Source: Octopus sinensis | Lineage: Eukaryota | Direction of reading: 5' to 3' | NCBI RefSeq assembly: GCF_006345805.1 | Contig: NC_043004.1 | Coordinates: 31,124,001 to 31,188,000 of the forward strand | DNA: 64,000 nucleotides | Shown here: one piece after another, positions 13,100 to 25,460 of the stretch | How the letters are laid out: each line of letters opens with the position of its first letter | Position numbering within the stretch: position 1 is the first letter of the stretch | Notes under the pieces: model-generated | The model's database searches: none | The model's input: the letters and a program-made list of their open reading frames with translations, nothing else | Told to the model about the DNA's origin: nothing | Translations under genes and position numbers: made by a program

Positions 13100-14238
13100 A
13101 TATATAATGGAAATACCTAGCATCATAATTTGGAAATATCTATAAAACTGTCAAGAGCTTGTTTATTTTTATATTTTTTGCTAAAATTGCTGTTTCTTTT
13201 CAGATATCATCAGAAAAAGGTAATTAAAATTCATTAAAATGACAAATCTATCAGACTTTCAAAGATGCCACATTGTTGGTGCTCAAATGGCATGCGCTAG
13301 CGTAATGAAAACAAGCGAAATGTTTCATGTATCAAAAAGTACTGTCTCGGAAGAAATGACAGCCTTTGAGAAATAGGGAAAAACTTCCTCCTCAAAACAA
13401 AACTCTGGAAGAAAACCAAAACTTTCAGATAAGGACCCTCAGACTCTTACACGAATTGATAGAAAGGATCACAAAAGTACAGCCCCCAAAATTACTGCAG
13501 AGCTTAATGACCAACTCAAGAACCCACAAAAACTGTTCACCAGGAGCTGCACAAAGCTGGATTTCACAGGAGAGCTGCAATCGGAAAATCACTACTTTCA
13601 AAAATAAACATTGCAAAGCATTTAGAGTGGAGTAAAAACCTACAGAATTGCTCCCTAGAGCTGTGGAAGAATGTTATTTTCTCGAACAAGTCATCCTTTA
13701 CCCTATTTCTGACCACTGGCTGAGTGTGGAGACCGCCAAAAGAAGCATTTGACACAGACTGCCTTCTTCCAACTGTTAAACAGGGAGGAGAATCTGTGAT
13801 GATCTGGGGGCTATATCTTGGAAATTCACCAGCCCAATGGTTTCCCTTCATTGCAGAATTAATTGTCAAGACTATTTAAGCATTTTATCTGATCAAATTC
13901 ATCCTATAATTGCAGAACTGTTTCCAGGGGAAAATGCAATCTTTCGGGATGATAATCCACCAATTCACACAGCTAAAGTTGTCACTGAATAGCACGAGGA
14001 ACATGCATTTTAGAAAAACAAGTAAAGAGTTGATATCCTCCACCATCATCACTATAAGAACTGGACATTGTTTTAGCTGAGGAATGGACAAAAATTCCTT
14101 TAAAAAAAATTCAAACTTTGTACGAGTCCATACCTCATAGAATTCAAACTGTAATTCCTGCCAAAGGCAATCCTACCCCATATTAAAATAAATTTGTTTG
14201 AAATTTCAAGGTGTTACTATTATTTTGACCGACCCCTG
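13100..14238 (+). mobile_element. Tc1-family DNA transposon, decayed transposase (ATG 13239 to TAA 14186)
   Basis: MTNLSDFQRCHIVGAQMA..., WKNVIFS.KSSF, TVKQGGESVMIWG, DDNPPIHT and SIPHRIQTVIPAKGNPTPY*. 3' TIR ...ttattttgaccgacccctg. Confidence 0.9.
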
Positions 14239-14282
14239 TGTGTATATATATATATATATATATACACACTCACACACACATA

Positions 14283-15124
14283 CACACGACAGAAGTAAAT
14301 AGACACTCCATAAAACCTTTTTATGTTTATTCTAACTTGTAAAGGTTTATATTTTCTATCAATTGACATTTTTATTATCTTTCAGTTTCTTTATGCCATT
14401 GTTTAATCATGGCATGTACAAAAGAAACCTTGGAACTGTCTAAATTTCAAAGAAGCGATGTTGTGTGTCAATCTGATGCTGAACATAGCATAAAATCAGT
14501 TACAGTGATTGTGCAATTAATTCACCAGAGAAGGGAAGGAGTCCACATAACCTCACCCAGGTTGACCAGGGCTCTTTGGCGGGATCCTTCTCTTTAATAA
14601 GAGAAGTGTGGAGGATAATCCTTATAGCAAGGCCTCTTACATAGAACACATTGATGTCAGTCCCAGAGCAGCTGTCTGTTATCTCCACAAACTTGGTTAC
14701 TATAGCAGAGCAGCAAGAAGGAAGCCACTTCTTTGACCAGCCAATAACTAGCAGAGAAAAGATTGGGCTAACGAGATTTGTTGCTTAAGAATGGCATTTA
14801 AAAGCTTCCATGGCCAAGCGTGTCACCAGATATGAACACCTCTGGGGCATAATGGACAGGACACTTCATAAATAGAAAAAGAAAGCATCTTCAAAGCCAG
14901 ATCTTTGAGATTACTGCATGAACTTGCCAAGAAATTCCTCAAGAGAATATTCGTCATCTGATCATTAATATGCCTAATAGAGTCCTTGCATTGAAAAATG
15001 CAAGGGGCATGTCTATTAAATATTAAATATTCACATTATAACAACTAATAAATAATTTGAATGTATAATTTCAGATTTAAATCAATTTTAACGATTATAA
15101 GGGTATCTATTACTTTTTGTGTAT
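14283..15124 (+). mobile_element. Second, internally deleted Tc1-family element
   Basis: N-terminal MACTKETLELSKFQRSDVV, C-terminal PQENIRHLIINMPNRVLALKNARGMSIKY*, and imperfect TIRs (acagaagtaaatagacac / gtatctattactttttgt). Confidence 0.85.
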
Positions 15125-16485
15125 GTATATATAAACACACACATATATGTACATGCTTAAAAATAAGCAAACACACACACACAAATTCACATCAAATTTA
15201 AAATTTATTTCACGAGTCATCACAATTTTGTCATAACACAACTGTGACCAGGTCACTGACATAGTTCCAATGCAACACAGTGGAATTGTGTCAAGTGAAA
15301 AATGGTAATTTTGACACTTCATAAACTAAATTTGAATCTGTAGTGGTTTAGAGCTTGGTATGTTATTAAATCGCTTTTCCATGATGATGTTTCTACATCT
15401 GCACATTTTATATATATATATATACACATATGTATGTATGTATGTATGTATAAAATCAAATCTGTGTTTAGAAATTACATATGCATGTGCATGTATATAA
15501 TTTCATTAACCCTTTATTTTAATTAAAACAATACTAAAAAAACTTTAATAAAACATGTGATCAATCCAGGTCAAATCGATTAAAATTTGGTCAATTCACA
15601 ACAGATCTAACCAATGACAGATGTACTATTCACACACACACACACACACACATATATAACTCAGAGGAAAATGAAATGAAATGAATAGTCGGAATGTTAC
15701 TGTGATAGATCAGCAGAGCTTATCAGCCTGTATTAAATTGAATAACTATAGGTAACACAACCAGAGAAAACATCTGTCAGACATTAGATTCTTACATGTG
15801 ACCATGCTTATTTTAAAATAAAACCATACATTTTTCTGCTAAATCTCTGTAATATGATATCCATTCTAGTTTTAATTAGTTTAAAAGGGTAGATATTAAA
15901 TAAGCGACTACCTGAGGGGAGGGAGAGAGAGACAGAGAGAGAGAGGAGGGGAGAGAAAGAAAGAGAGAGAGCCTGCACTGTAAAGCTCTTCAACACATAT
16001 CAACATGGAAAATGGATGCTAAAATGAAAATTTAAGATGACATCTTAGATAACCTCAACCAGATTCTCTGGTGAGAAAAGTCAATAACCTTGATTTTTGT
16101 GTCTATTGACATGGATTATGATTTTTGTGTCTATTGACATGGATTATACAGACTAATAAATCACAAATAAATGTGATTCTTAGATACGAAAGTTCGTTCC
16201 ACATAGTAATGACACTAGCAATAAAAGCAATGATGGGTAACTACTTGTCTTTACAAGTGATTACTCAAATAGGAAAGAGAAAATACACTTATGAAAATAA
16301 AAGATGTCAAGCCTTCTATTAATTTCCCTCTCTGAATAACTATCAACATCATAATCTTAGTAAAAAGCAAACTGTGGACAAGTGATCCAATGAAAGTTAT
16401 GTAAATATACAACACAGAACAGGAGACTGCAAAAATAAACACACTTATATACATAGATACAACTACTACAACAATTACTACTTAC

Positions 16486-16547
16486 TCATGATGAAGAGCC
16501 ACCCCCAACTTTTGGAACCACAGATGGGATGAGCCATGCACATTCCA
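16486..16547 (-). CDS. Probable exon 2 of the minus-strand gene (H-GMCMAHPICGSKSWGWLFIM)
   Basis: Acceptor tttatttcatattcag| and donor ATGA|gtaagt flank 62 nt. The exon is open when entered in phase 2, matching exon 1, and exits in phase 1. Confidence 0.55.
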
Positions 16548-17399
16548 CTGAATATGAAATAAATATCTAAACGTAACCATAAAGTAACATGCACTAAAGC
16601 TTACATCAGCAGTGCAAACATGCAAAAGAAACTGAATAATTGTAGTCATCATCCTCATTGTTCCGGATTCCCCTCCACCACTAGAAATAGATGTTACAGT
16701 TTATCTTGACAGGGTTATTTTTAATGCTATTTCTTACAAATTGTTCTATGCTTCCCAATTCCCTTCTGAAAATTACACTCATTCCTTGTGAAGTAAGTTT
16801 ACTTTTTTTTTTTCTGCTCTCTTTTTAATATTGTGTCTAAATTATAATTTCCATCTAATTTATAGGAAATCAAATCATTCCTAGACACTTCTGTGGTGCT
16901 TACTATACAGTTGAAATCTCTCTTCAGAACCCAGAAACTCAATTCCGTTTCATCCTTTACTCCAGTTATATATTGGGCAAGATTGATATGAAGACGTGCC
17001 TAACCTTACACTTTCCATAGTAAACAGACAGAACTATTTAGGTCCCATGGTTGGCTATACTATTGGTTTACTGATAGAGCATAATGTTTCTATTAGTAAT
17101 TGTTATTTAGTTCATTAGTTAGCTGTGTGTGTGTGATGTTCATAAACACACCTAGTTTTAAACAAATCAGTGATATGAAGTCACAGACCTACTTTTAGAC
17201 AGATGTAAAAAAAAAATCGTTTCAGATCCATTGACTTTATCGACATTGTTAAACTCCTATCAAAAATATTCATGTAAATAAAACCCATTTTCATATAATG
17301 TAAAGGAAAATTGTTTTTCCAGTATAGATGTTTTTTTTCTTTTTTTTAGTCGATTAATACAGATAAATATATTAGAATGAGAGAGAGAGAGACAGATAA

Positions 17400-17840
17400 G
17401 TAGATATATATATATAAATAATATATATCATATATAAATAATATATATAATATATATCATATAATTATATATAATATATATCATATATAAATAATATATA
17501 TAATATATATATATATATTATATATATATATAAATATTATATATATAATATATATCATATAAATATATATATATATATATCATATAATATATATATATAT
17601 ATTATATATATATATATATCATATAAATATTATATATATATATAATATATATCATATAAATATTATATATAATATATATATATATATCATATAATATTAT
17701 ATATATATATAATATATATCATATAAATATTATATATAATATATATCATATAAATATTATATATATATATATAAATATTATATATAATATATATATATAT
17801 ATGTGTGTGTGTGTGGTGTGTGTGTGTGTGTGTGTGTGTG
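17400..17840. repeat. AT minisatellite (ATATCATATAAATATTATATATATA-type units) followed by (TG)n
   Basis: Direct inspection. Confidence 0.95.
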
Positions 17841-18484
17841 TGAGTGAGTGTGTGTAATATATCAAGGTTAACAAACAGCTGGTTTAATTGGGAAAAAATT
17901 TCGGTGAAATGCAAACGTGAATAAGAATTGACTTATGTTGATTGCAGAGCAAAGAGATCTTATTGGAATTATATAAATACAAGGTTAGCTTGATATGGCA
18001 TCGTCATTTTGAATCAATGGGCAGGAGGACCTCGTTTAATAAATAAATGGGTGGGGCGGTTGTTAAAAGTGCTTTATCATTTTGTAGATAGATGCGACCA
18101 AGCTGGAAGCGAAATAAACAACAATAAATTCAAACTATATGAAAAAAAAACAAAAACAAATCAGCCACAATAAACAACACAGAAATAGTACAGAGAGGGA
18201 GATGGGGGAGGGGGGAGATTACAGAAAAACCACGTGAGAACATGAAAGAATATCATTTTGACTCCAGTGTTTCTTGGTTAAGGTGACTACACCATCGCAT
18301 CTTTACACATGAAATATACATTAGATATATATATGTGTATACTATAATTTTGTCTAGGAACCCTCTCCCTTTTTGTAGGGTGTATATAAACGTGTGTATA
18401 AGAGTGTGTGTGTATGAGAGAGAGAGAGATGGGGGAGAGAGGGTGGTGAAGGTGGTGGTAAATGTGTAAAATACAAGAGCTTAC

Positions 18485-18705
18485 TGCTTCATAACAACCC
18501 TGATAGGGACTGAAGGTGGAACCAAGGCAGGCAGCGCAGGCATACTGCTTCGACGTATGCTTTCCATGACATCTACACAATTTTCTTTTATGTTGTTGTT
18601 AGTCTCAGGATTCCCTTCTTTGGGTGTTAAAAAGACACGAAATGGTGAGACGCGGGGCAAGGCCGCCGCAACGACGTGCGGAAGGCTTCTCCTTCGGTTT
18701 TCCAT
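18485..18705 (-). CDS. First coding exon of an unidentified minus-strand gene (MENRRRSLPHVVAAALPRVSPFRVFLTPKEGNPETNNNIKENCVDVMESIRRSSMPALPALVPPSVPIRVVMK-)
   Basis: 74-codon ORF that is GC/CpG-rich relative to its flanks and not a repeat. It ends at a consensus donor AAGCA|gtaagc (phase 2) and lies in the CpG-retaining promoter region. No family recognised. Confidence 0.7.
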
Positions 18706-18709
18706 TCTA

Positions 18710-19263
18710 TATAATAATAGTTTACACGTATATATATATATATATATATTATTTTACAAATATATTTTGGTGCTGCCACAAATGTTTTCTTGATCAAAAA
18801 ATGACACAAAAAGGCGATGAAGAAGAAGAAACTAATTATACAAAACTGCTAGAGATCCATAAATATGAACAGTGGCATGACATACTTTTTTTTTTTTTTT
18901 TTTTATTCTTCACATCATTTCAGTTTGAGTGAAAGAAGTGCAGGAAGAAAGTACATTTCTTTCGCTGCATGTTGATTGACTACCGAGATCGTTTTATTAT
19001 GGCAAGACATTCCAACGTAAGCGCTTGCTTTGATTTCCGTCCATAAATAAGGAGACAATCGTGTTTGTTGTTGCCGTGAAGACATCAGGAATGGTACGGC
19101 TGCCACCTGTCATTTCAGCATGAATTGACGACGGTACAGCAATGAACATTTTGTATATATATATATATATATATATAATCTCAAGAGAAAACTGAACAAA
19201 TATATTTATACTTTAAGAAGCCATCCAGGCATCACACGTTGACAACAAATAAACAGCAGTGGT

Positions 19264-19294
<31 letters not shown>

Positions 19295-19915
19295 GTCGTC
19301 ACACACGAACAGGATGACCGAAACGAATTCTATAGGCAGACTGACAGACAGGCAGATGATAGCAGGCAGCCACAATCCATCCACCAGAAGCCAACGTTAA
19401 GGACTCGTTGCTCCAACTACAATCCTTCATAAAACGTTGCAGCAGCGGCGGCGATGTAGTAGTAGTAGTAGTGGTGGTGGTGGTGGTGGTAGTAGTAGTA
19501 GTAGTGGTGGTGGTGGTGGTGGTGGTGGTAGTAGTAGTGGTGGTGGTGGTGGTGTTGAGAGAAAGAGTTGTGAGTGGTGATGATAAAAGGTGTTGCAGCA
19601 AGCAGTAAAGCTAGTTCCGTGGAAGGAAGAAATTATTATAATATTGTTTGTTGTCAGTCAGTATACACAGTGGCAGCAGTAACAACAACAACAACAACAC
19701 GGAGCCGTAAAAGCATTACCACTACTACTACTACCACTACCACCACCACTACTGCTTTCTTAGTGAAATATAGTGAGTGACAGAAGAACGAGTGTAAACG
19801 GGGAGGAAAGAAGGGGGTCGGAGATGATTAACGTTGTTGTTGCAGAACAGCTATTTATTTTCACCTAAAAGAAAGAAGAAAGAAGAAAAAGAGATCCTGC
19901 CAACTAGTCGTGAAG
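18710..19915. promoter_or_regulatory. Divergent (bidirectional) promoter / 5'UTR region
   Basis: CpG retention from about 17.2 to 20.1 kb in otherwise CpG-poor DNA. It sits between oppositely oriented first exons and carries (GCA)n, (GTR)n, (ACA)n and (ACY)n tracts. Confidence 0.6.
19456..19554. repeat. (GTA/GTG)n compound trinucleotide repeat
   Basis: Direct inspection. Confidence 0.97.
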
Positions 19916-19937
19916 ATGGCAGCAGAAAGACGAGCAG

Positions 19938-19995
19938 ATGGTGGAATATAACACCACTAGGTCACTACTAGAAGCATTTAAAATGATTGTTTCAG
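19938..19995 (+). CDS. Candidate first coding exon of a plus-strand gene (MVEYNTTRSLLEAFKMIVS-)
   Basis: ATG at 19938 is open to the donor TTCAG|gtaaac (phase 1). It lies at the edge of the CpG-retaining region, preceded by an AAGATGGC motif. It could be 5'UTR only. Confidence 0.5.
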
Positions 19996-22900
19996 GTAAA
20001 CTTTAAAAGCTAACCTTTTGTTGCTTACAACAGAGCTCTCAATGTCAGTTATAACGTTGTTTCTCGGATGGAGCCATTAAGAGAACAAACGGCTACAGGT
20101 TCCAGAAACCCAAAAAAAAAACTTTCAATACAATTGAAATGGAAATCTTTTCTGGAAATACTTATCTGCAAAAACTTCTATACGGAAATAAAATTTAGAG
20201 GTTAAAATTTTCAAAATTGTAGAATTTTTTTTTTTATAAAAAATTTTTTTATTCATTGATTTTAAAAAGTAATTTAAATACGGTATCCTGTATCTATTTT
20301 GTGTACATGTGGCATTTTGTTACAAACTTTTCTACTGATATGCAAAAAAAAAAAAAAAAAAAAAGTGAAAAGTTGAGTGAAAAGAAAACTTAAAAAGTGA
20401 CAAAATTATTAGACACGAGAAAGTGGAATGTTTATAATATATTATTGATGATGTCACTTGAAAAGGTATCTTAAAAGATCGAATTTGATCAATCAAATGA
20501 TAGGGGTGTTACTACTACCACGTGTGATGTCAACAGAAGTTTTAATGATATTAAAAACTTTAGAATGAGTCTTTCTGCCTAATCCTTGCATTGGGAAGGC
20601 ACATTTCACACAATATACATATAAATACACATACAAACATATATACACACATAAGCGTATATAAACATAACTATATATATGCACGCGCACACAGTGATTG
20701 CTTAACTTGCAAGAAATAGCAGTCATCCCCGTCAAGTGACACACATATATAACTAGGCAGTGTAATTATAGCCTAGATACAGTTTATTTTGAACAGACTA
20801 GCTGATCATGACATAAACACTTTTCATTATAGATCTACTCAATCATGGCTTACCAGGGGCTAAACAACAATTTACGCTCTTGCATAATCGACACCTGATA
20901 CCATAACCACAACCACCTACAAAATAACACATGCTACTCAGTATAGCCTGCACAACTGTACAATTCGACATTTTACATGTAACACTAAAATAATATCAGA
21001 AATAACAAAAAACTCTACAAAGAGAAAAATATAAAATACAAACATTAATTCTACATCCCTAAAAGGTAATGCTGCATATACATACACCTGGAGCAACATG
21101 GAGGTGCATCTTGTACTACATAAGAAAGTCATATGAAACTGCTGAAAATATAATTTCTTGCATTGGCAGATAGCCATAAATTTGTAGGAGAGACATGGTC
21201 AATCGAATCACTCACTATAACACAGGTATTTATTCTATTGATCCTGGAGAGATTGGAGGCAGAAGTTAACCCAAAAATCAAAGGCTTTATAAAGGAAGCT
21301 GAAGCACTTTAATTTTTTTTTTTTTTTTATACCAACCCACCTGAGACTGATCTTCATTCTATGATACAAAGCTCATTTCAAAGTGTTATTAATTAAAATC
21401 AGCCATCAAAATTTCAGGCTAATTTATGTTCCTAACACCCCATTGATAATTGCAGTTAATTTACTAAATTCTTTATTTTTAAAATTAAGTGAAACAAAAG
21501 CAGTGTGTTTCAACAAGAATATGATAGCAAAAGGATTAACAAGGATAATTATTAAAATGCACAACTGAAAATAGTATAAATGATGTGTATGTCTAGTGTA
21601 TACACACTACAAATTATACAATCAACACATCTGTTCACAGAGTGACTGAGGAATAATGAATACAATTATAACCCATTGTTTAATATCCCACAGAAAGGAA
21701 GAGACTGTTGTACCAGTAAACAATATATTTCCTTTAGTGTTCTTTTAAAAGATTGGGAATGGAATAAAACTTCTATACACAGAAAATAAATAATCCAATC
21801 AATACAAGACTGGAATATTATAAACTACACAGATTAGAGAAAAAAATATGATTATACATGATATGTTTATAATTACTACTGTCTTATAAAGAGTTGCTAA
21901 TTTTTTTCAACAATTACCATATTTATACAATATTTATACAACTGGGTTATCTCTAATGCAGCTGAGAGCTTTCATTAACAGCTGATATTTTCCAACATCA
22001 GCTGGAAAAACTGAAGTTTTTGCTACAAAGGGGGTTACCTTAGGAATGTATTCTTTGAAAAAATCTGTAACATTAAATTATATTTAAAATTATAATACAA
22101 AGGTACTTGCTTTATAAAATATAGAAAGTGAAAGTAAAAACAACTGGATCAAAGTTTTGAATTAATCAGTGGAGATAGCTAAAATATTAAAACACTAAAC
22201 AATAGTATTCTGTGTTCAAATCCCTGACAAAATAAAAACGATCCTTTCTGCTATGGACACAAGGCCTGGAATTGGGGGGGGGGCAAGTTGATCATATCAA
22301 CCCCAATGTCTGATTGGTACTTATTTTATCAATCCTGAAAGGATGAAAGGCAGAGTTGACCTCAGCAAGATTTGAACTCAGAATGTAAAGACAGAAGAAA
22401 TAACGCTAAGCATTTTGTTGGGCTTGTTAATGATTCAGCCAGTTTGCCACCTTATCAATAATAGTAAATAATAATTTATGTGGGGAAAAATTCTAATGTT
22501 TAAAATGTTAAAAACTACTAAGAAAATTCAGGACAAAATGAAATTAAAAAGGAGTACCAGCCACAAAGTTGCCTTGATGTGAATAATGTGTAAACATTAA
22601 ATTTTAAATAATTAAGAATAAAAAACTGTTTAACCAATGTAGTCAGCAAAATAATGACATTCCAAATACTAGCATACAAATACAGTGTCCCCTCTCACTT
22701 CCCTCTCTACCACTACTAGAGTCTGATATCCAGAGCTGGTTTGTCTTGTGCCCATACTACATCTGCCTCATACTAAAACATACACTCAATCCTTCCTCCC
22801 CAACATTATCCATGTCAATCTCACTAGTGTCAGGTGGTCTGCAAAGTCCATGGAACACAACACCTTCCTCTTACACCAAACTAATAAAAATAAAATTTTA

Positions 22901-23798
22901 AGTATTTAAATGAACTTAAGGACAAAACCAAATATTTAATTCCTTTCTAAGAAGTGAAAGTGTTATGTAATTTAGACCCAGAGCAGGGCCATTCACCTTA
23001 AATGTTGAGATGCTGTCAACAAAGAATATATTGATCTTTAACAAGAGAGGTAACTGAAGTACAGAAGTATGGATATATTAACCAAGACATAATAAACACA
23101 AACACAGCTATATTGAATTTGGCACAACAAAATAAACTGAAATCAAGTTTACATGATGTAACAGTGCATACTGCAGTGTCAACAGGGCTGATGGTGTATG
23201 CATACACACCCACACACACACTCTGGAATGATAATGCCAAAGAGACCAAACTGCATTAATTTTCTACCACGGTGTTATACAGAATGACTAAAGTTTTTGT
23301 GATTTTCTATTTAGTTTCAGCAAGTTATTCTTTCCCTTTAACTGTTCTATTGCAAAAATACTTGGAAACTTTACCCAGAGATAAGTACTAAAACAGTAGA
23401 CAATTCTAAAGAAATTAATATTAACTGTATTAATTTCTGAACCTGATCCATTGTGAGGAACACACTTGAAAACATAATATATATTAAGTTAAACTCAATA
23501 GGATGTGACTTTGGGGGTGGGGTGAGGGGACAGGATTGTTCAATTCTACAAAGATGCATGTTGGGAGCTTAGGCAAGATTACTGGTAATAGCTGTTCAAG
23601 TTATTTCCACCTGTCAAGTGAAAAAAAAATCTAATAATTCAATTTTTTTTTTTCCCCCATAAGTTAAGCTTTATCAATTATGAAATATAAAATCCATGCT
23701 GAATTGGTACACTAATTATTAACAACCAGCCATAAATCTTGTACCATTGTGTAAAACTTGTTATGGCTGTAAAAATATTTTAAAAATTTCTATAAGTG

Positions 23799-24395
23799 TA
23801 AGGTCTGATAAATAAGTATTCGGACTGTTGCTATAGTAACAAAGCTAAAGCATGCAGAGTGAAGCCACTTGGCACAGATTGACCTTGACCTCTGCTGTGC
23901 ATGTGCACTGAGTTTTAATGTTCTAGCTCACATTGTTTACAGCAGTACTTTGAAATAATGTGTGATCATCGCATTGACAATGACAGAGAAAGTTGTAATG
24001 GCGATATCTGCTCAGAGGCCTAAGCAAAGTTGCAGAAAGTGTATGGAGAGGAGTGTATGAGCCGCACACAAGTGTATGAGTGGTTCAGATGCTTCCAAGA
24101 TGGCTGGAAAATGTTAATAGTGATGAACAGTCTGGGAGACCTGCAGCCAGTAGAACTGAGAAAAACATTGCAGATGTACATGCAGCTGTGAGGGGAAATC
24201 ATCAAATCACCATCCATGAGTTATCAGAGGATGTGCAGATTAGTTACGGTTCAGTTCAATCCACTGAAAATTTGGGTGAGACAAGTGTCTGCCAAGTTTG
24301 TGCCAAAACTCTTTTCAACTGACCAAAAAGACAGTTTTCAATTGCACAAGATCTCCTTCATTGTCCCAAGAACAATGAAAACTTTGCGTAGGAAA
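23799..24395 (+). mobile_element. Mariner-family relic, 5' part, abutting a SINE
   Basis: MSRTQVYEWFRCFQDG and QVSAKFVPKL motifs, with a TIR-like start ggtctgataaataagtattcggactg. Confidence 0.8.
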
Positions 24396-24399
24396 ACTA

Positions 24400-24790
24400 G
24401 GTGTAGGAGTGGCTGTGTGGCAAGTAGCTTGTTTATGAACCACATGGTTCCAGGTTCAGTCCCACTGCATGACACCTTGGCCAGGTGTCTTCTACTATAG
24501 CCTCGGGTCAACCAAAGCCTTGAGAGTGGATTTGGTAGATGGAAACTGAAAGAAGCCTGCCGTATATAGGTATATGTGTGTGTGTGTCTGTGTTTGTCCC
24601 CCCAACATCGCTCGACAACCGATGCTGGTGTGTTTACGTCACCGTAACTTAGCGACTTAGCAAAAGAGACCGATAGAATAAGTACTAGGCTTACAAAGAA
24701 TAAGTCCTGGGGTCGATCTGCTCGACTAAAGGCAGTGCTCCAGCATGGACACAGTCAAATGACTGAAACAAGTAAAAGAGAGTTAAGAGT
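24400..24790 (+). mobile_element. Family A SINE
   Basis: Near-identical architecture to the 42912 copy. Confidence 0.9.
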
Positions 24791-25149
24791 GGATATCGCC
24801 AAGCTTTTCCAACACATAAACGATGGTTACACAAAATAATGAGATGGTTGCATTCAGAAATTATTTGACTAACCTGGCTTATATTTACAGAGCAACAAAA
24901 TAGATTCTTCAGAGGGAGGATATAGTCAACAGAATCAGTGTAACTAACAGTTAATTCAATGAAGTTAGAAAAAGAAGGACAACTTCGTGGAGTTTCGAAA
25001 TAACTATCCCTAAATCATAAAAAAAGGGGGCACAAATGTAAAAAAAATATTTTTAAAAAATTAAATACAGAAAGGGAACTGTCATTATAAACCCAGGTAT
25101 TGCCACTTGTAATGCAAAAGAGAGTAAAATAAATGAATATAGGAGCCTG

Positions 25150-25460
25150 ATGGGACACTTTGGTGCCAGTCACTGTCAAAACCTCAGGTGTTCTCAGACC
25201 CCAGAGTACCGATTTCCTCTGCAAGAATCAGGATAACGGCAGCCCATCTGATGAGCCCTACGAGGTGCAGTAGCTGCTGCAGCGAAGTGTCAATGGCCAT
25301 TCTCCACAGCAACACCATTGCAATCATTACTGCAGGGTGCAGCTAAGCACACCATTTGTTCTGGGATGTGTGGATCATTGCTCCCTCCCCATCCACCTCC
25401 TGCTGCTTAATCCCCCCCCCCATTTTCCCTGTTTTTTTGTCTCCTTGTGTTTAAATTGTG
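25150..25460 (+). mobile_element. 3' fragment of an RLE-type (CRE-like) non-LTR retrotransposon
   Basis: LVPVTVKTSGVLRPQSTDFL ... DEPYEVQ*LLQR/VSMAILHSNTIAII resembles the FvPxxvETxG and WLxQRlSxAiqRGN motifs of the restriction-like endonuclease region, as I recall them. Confidence 0.6.

Noticed and set aside
19299-19780. Poly-Thr / poly-Val ORFs
   Set aside because: Trinucleotide tracts that are open on both strands, with no coding context.
20854-20859. 6-nt microexon-like motif on the minus strand (also 36403-36417 minus, 38574-38576 plus, and a 2-nt case near 41920)
   Set aside because: AG...GT pairs with T-rich tracts recur at this base composition and have no independent support. Their frequency is why I down-weighted the other microexon calls.
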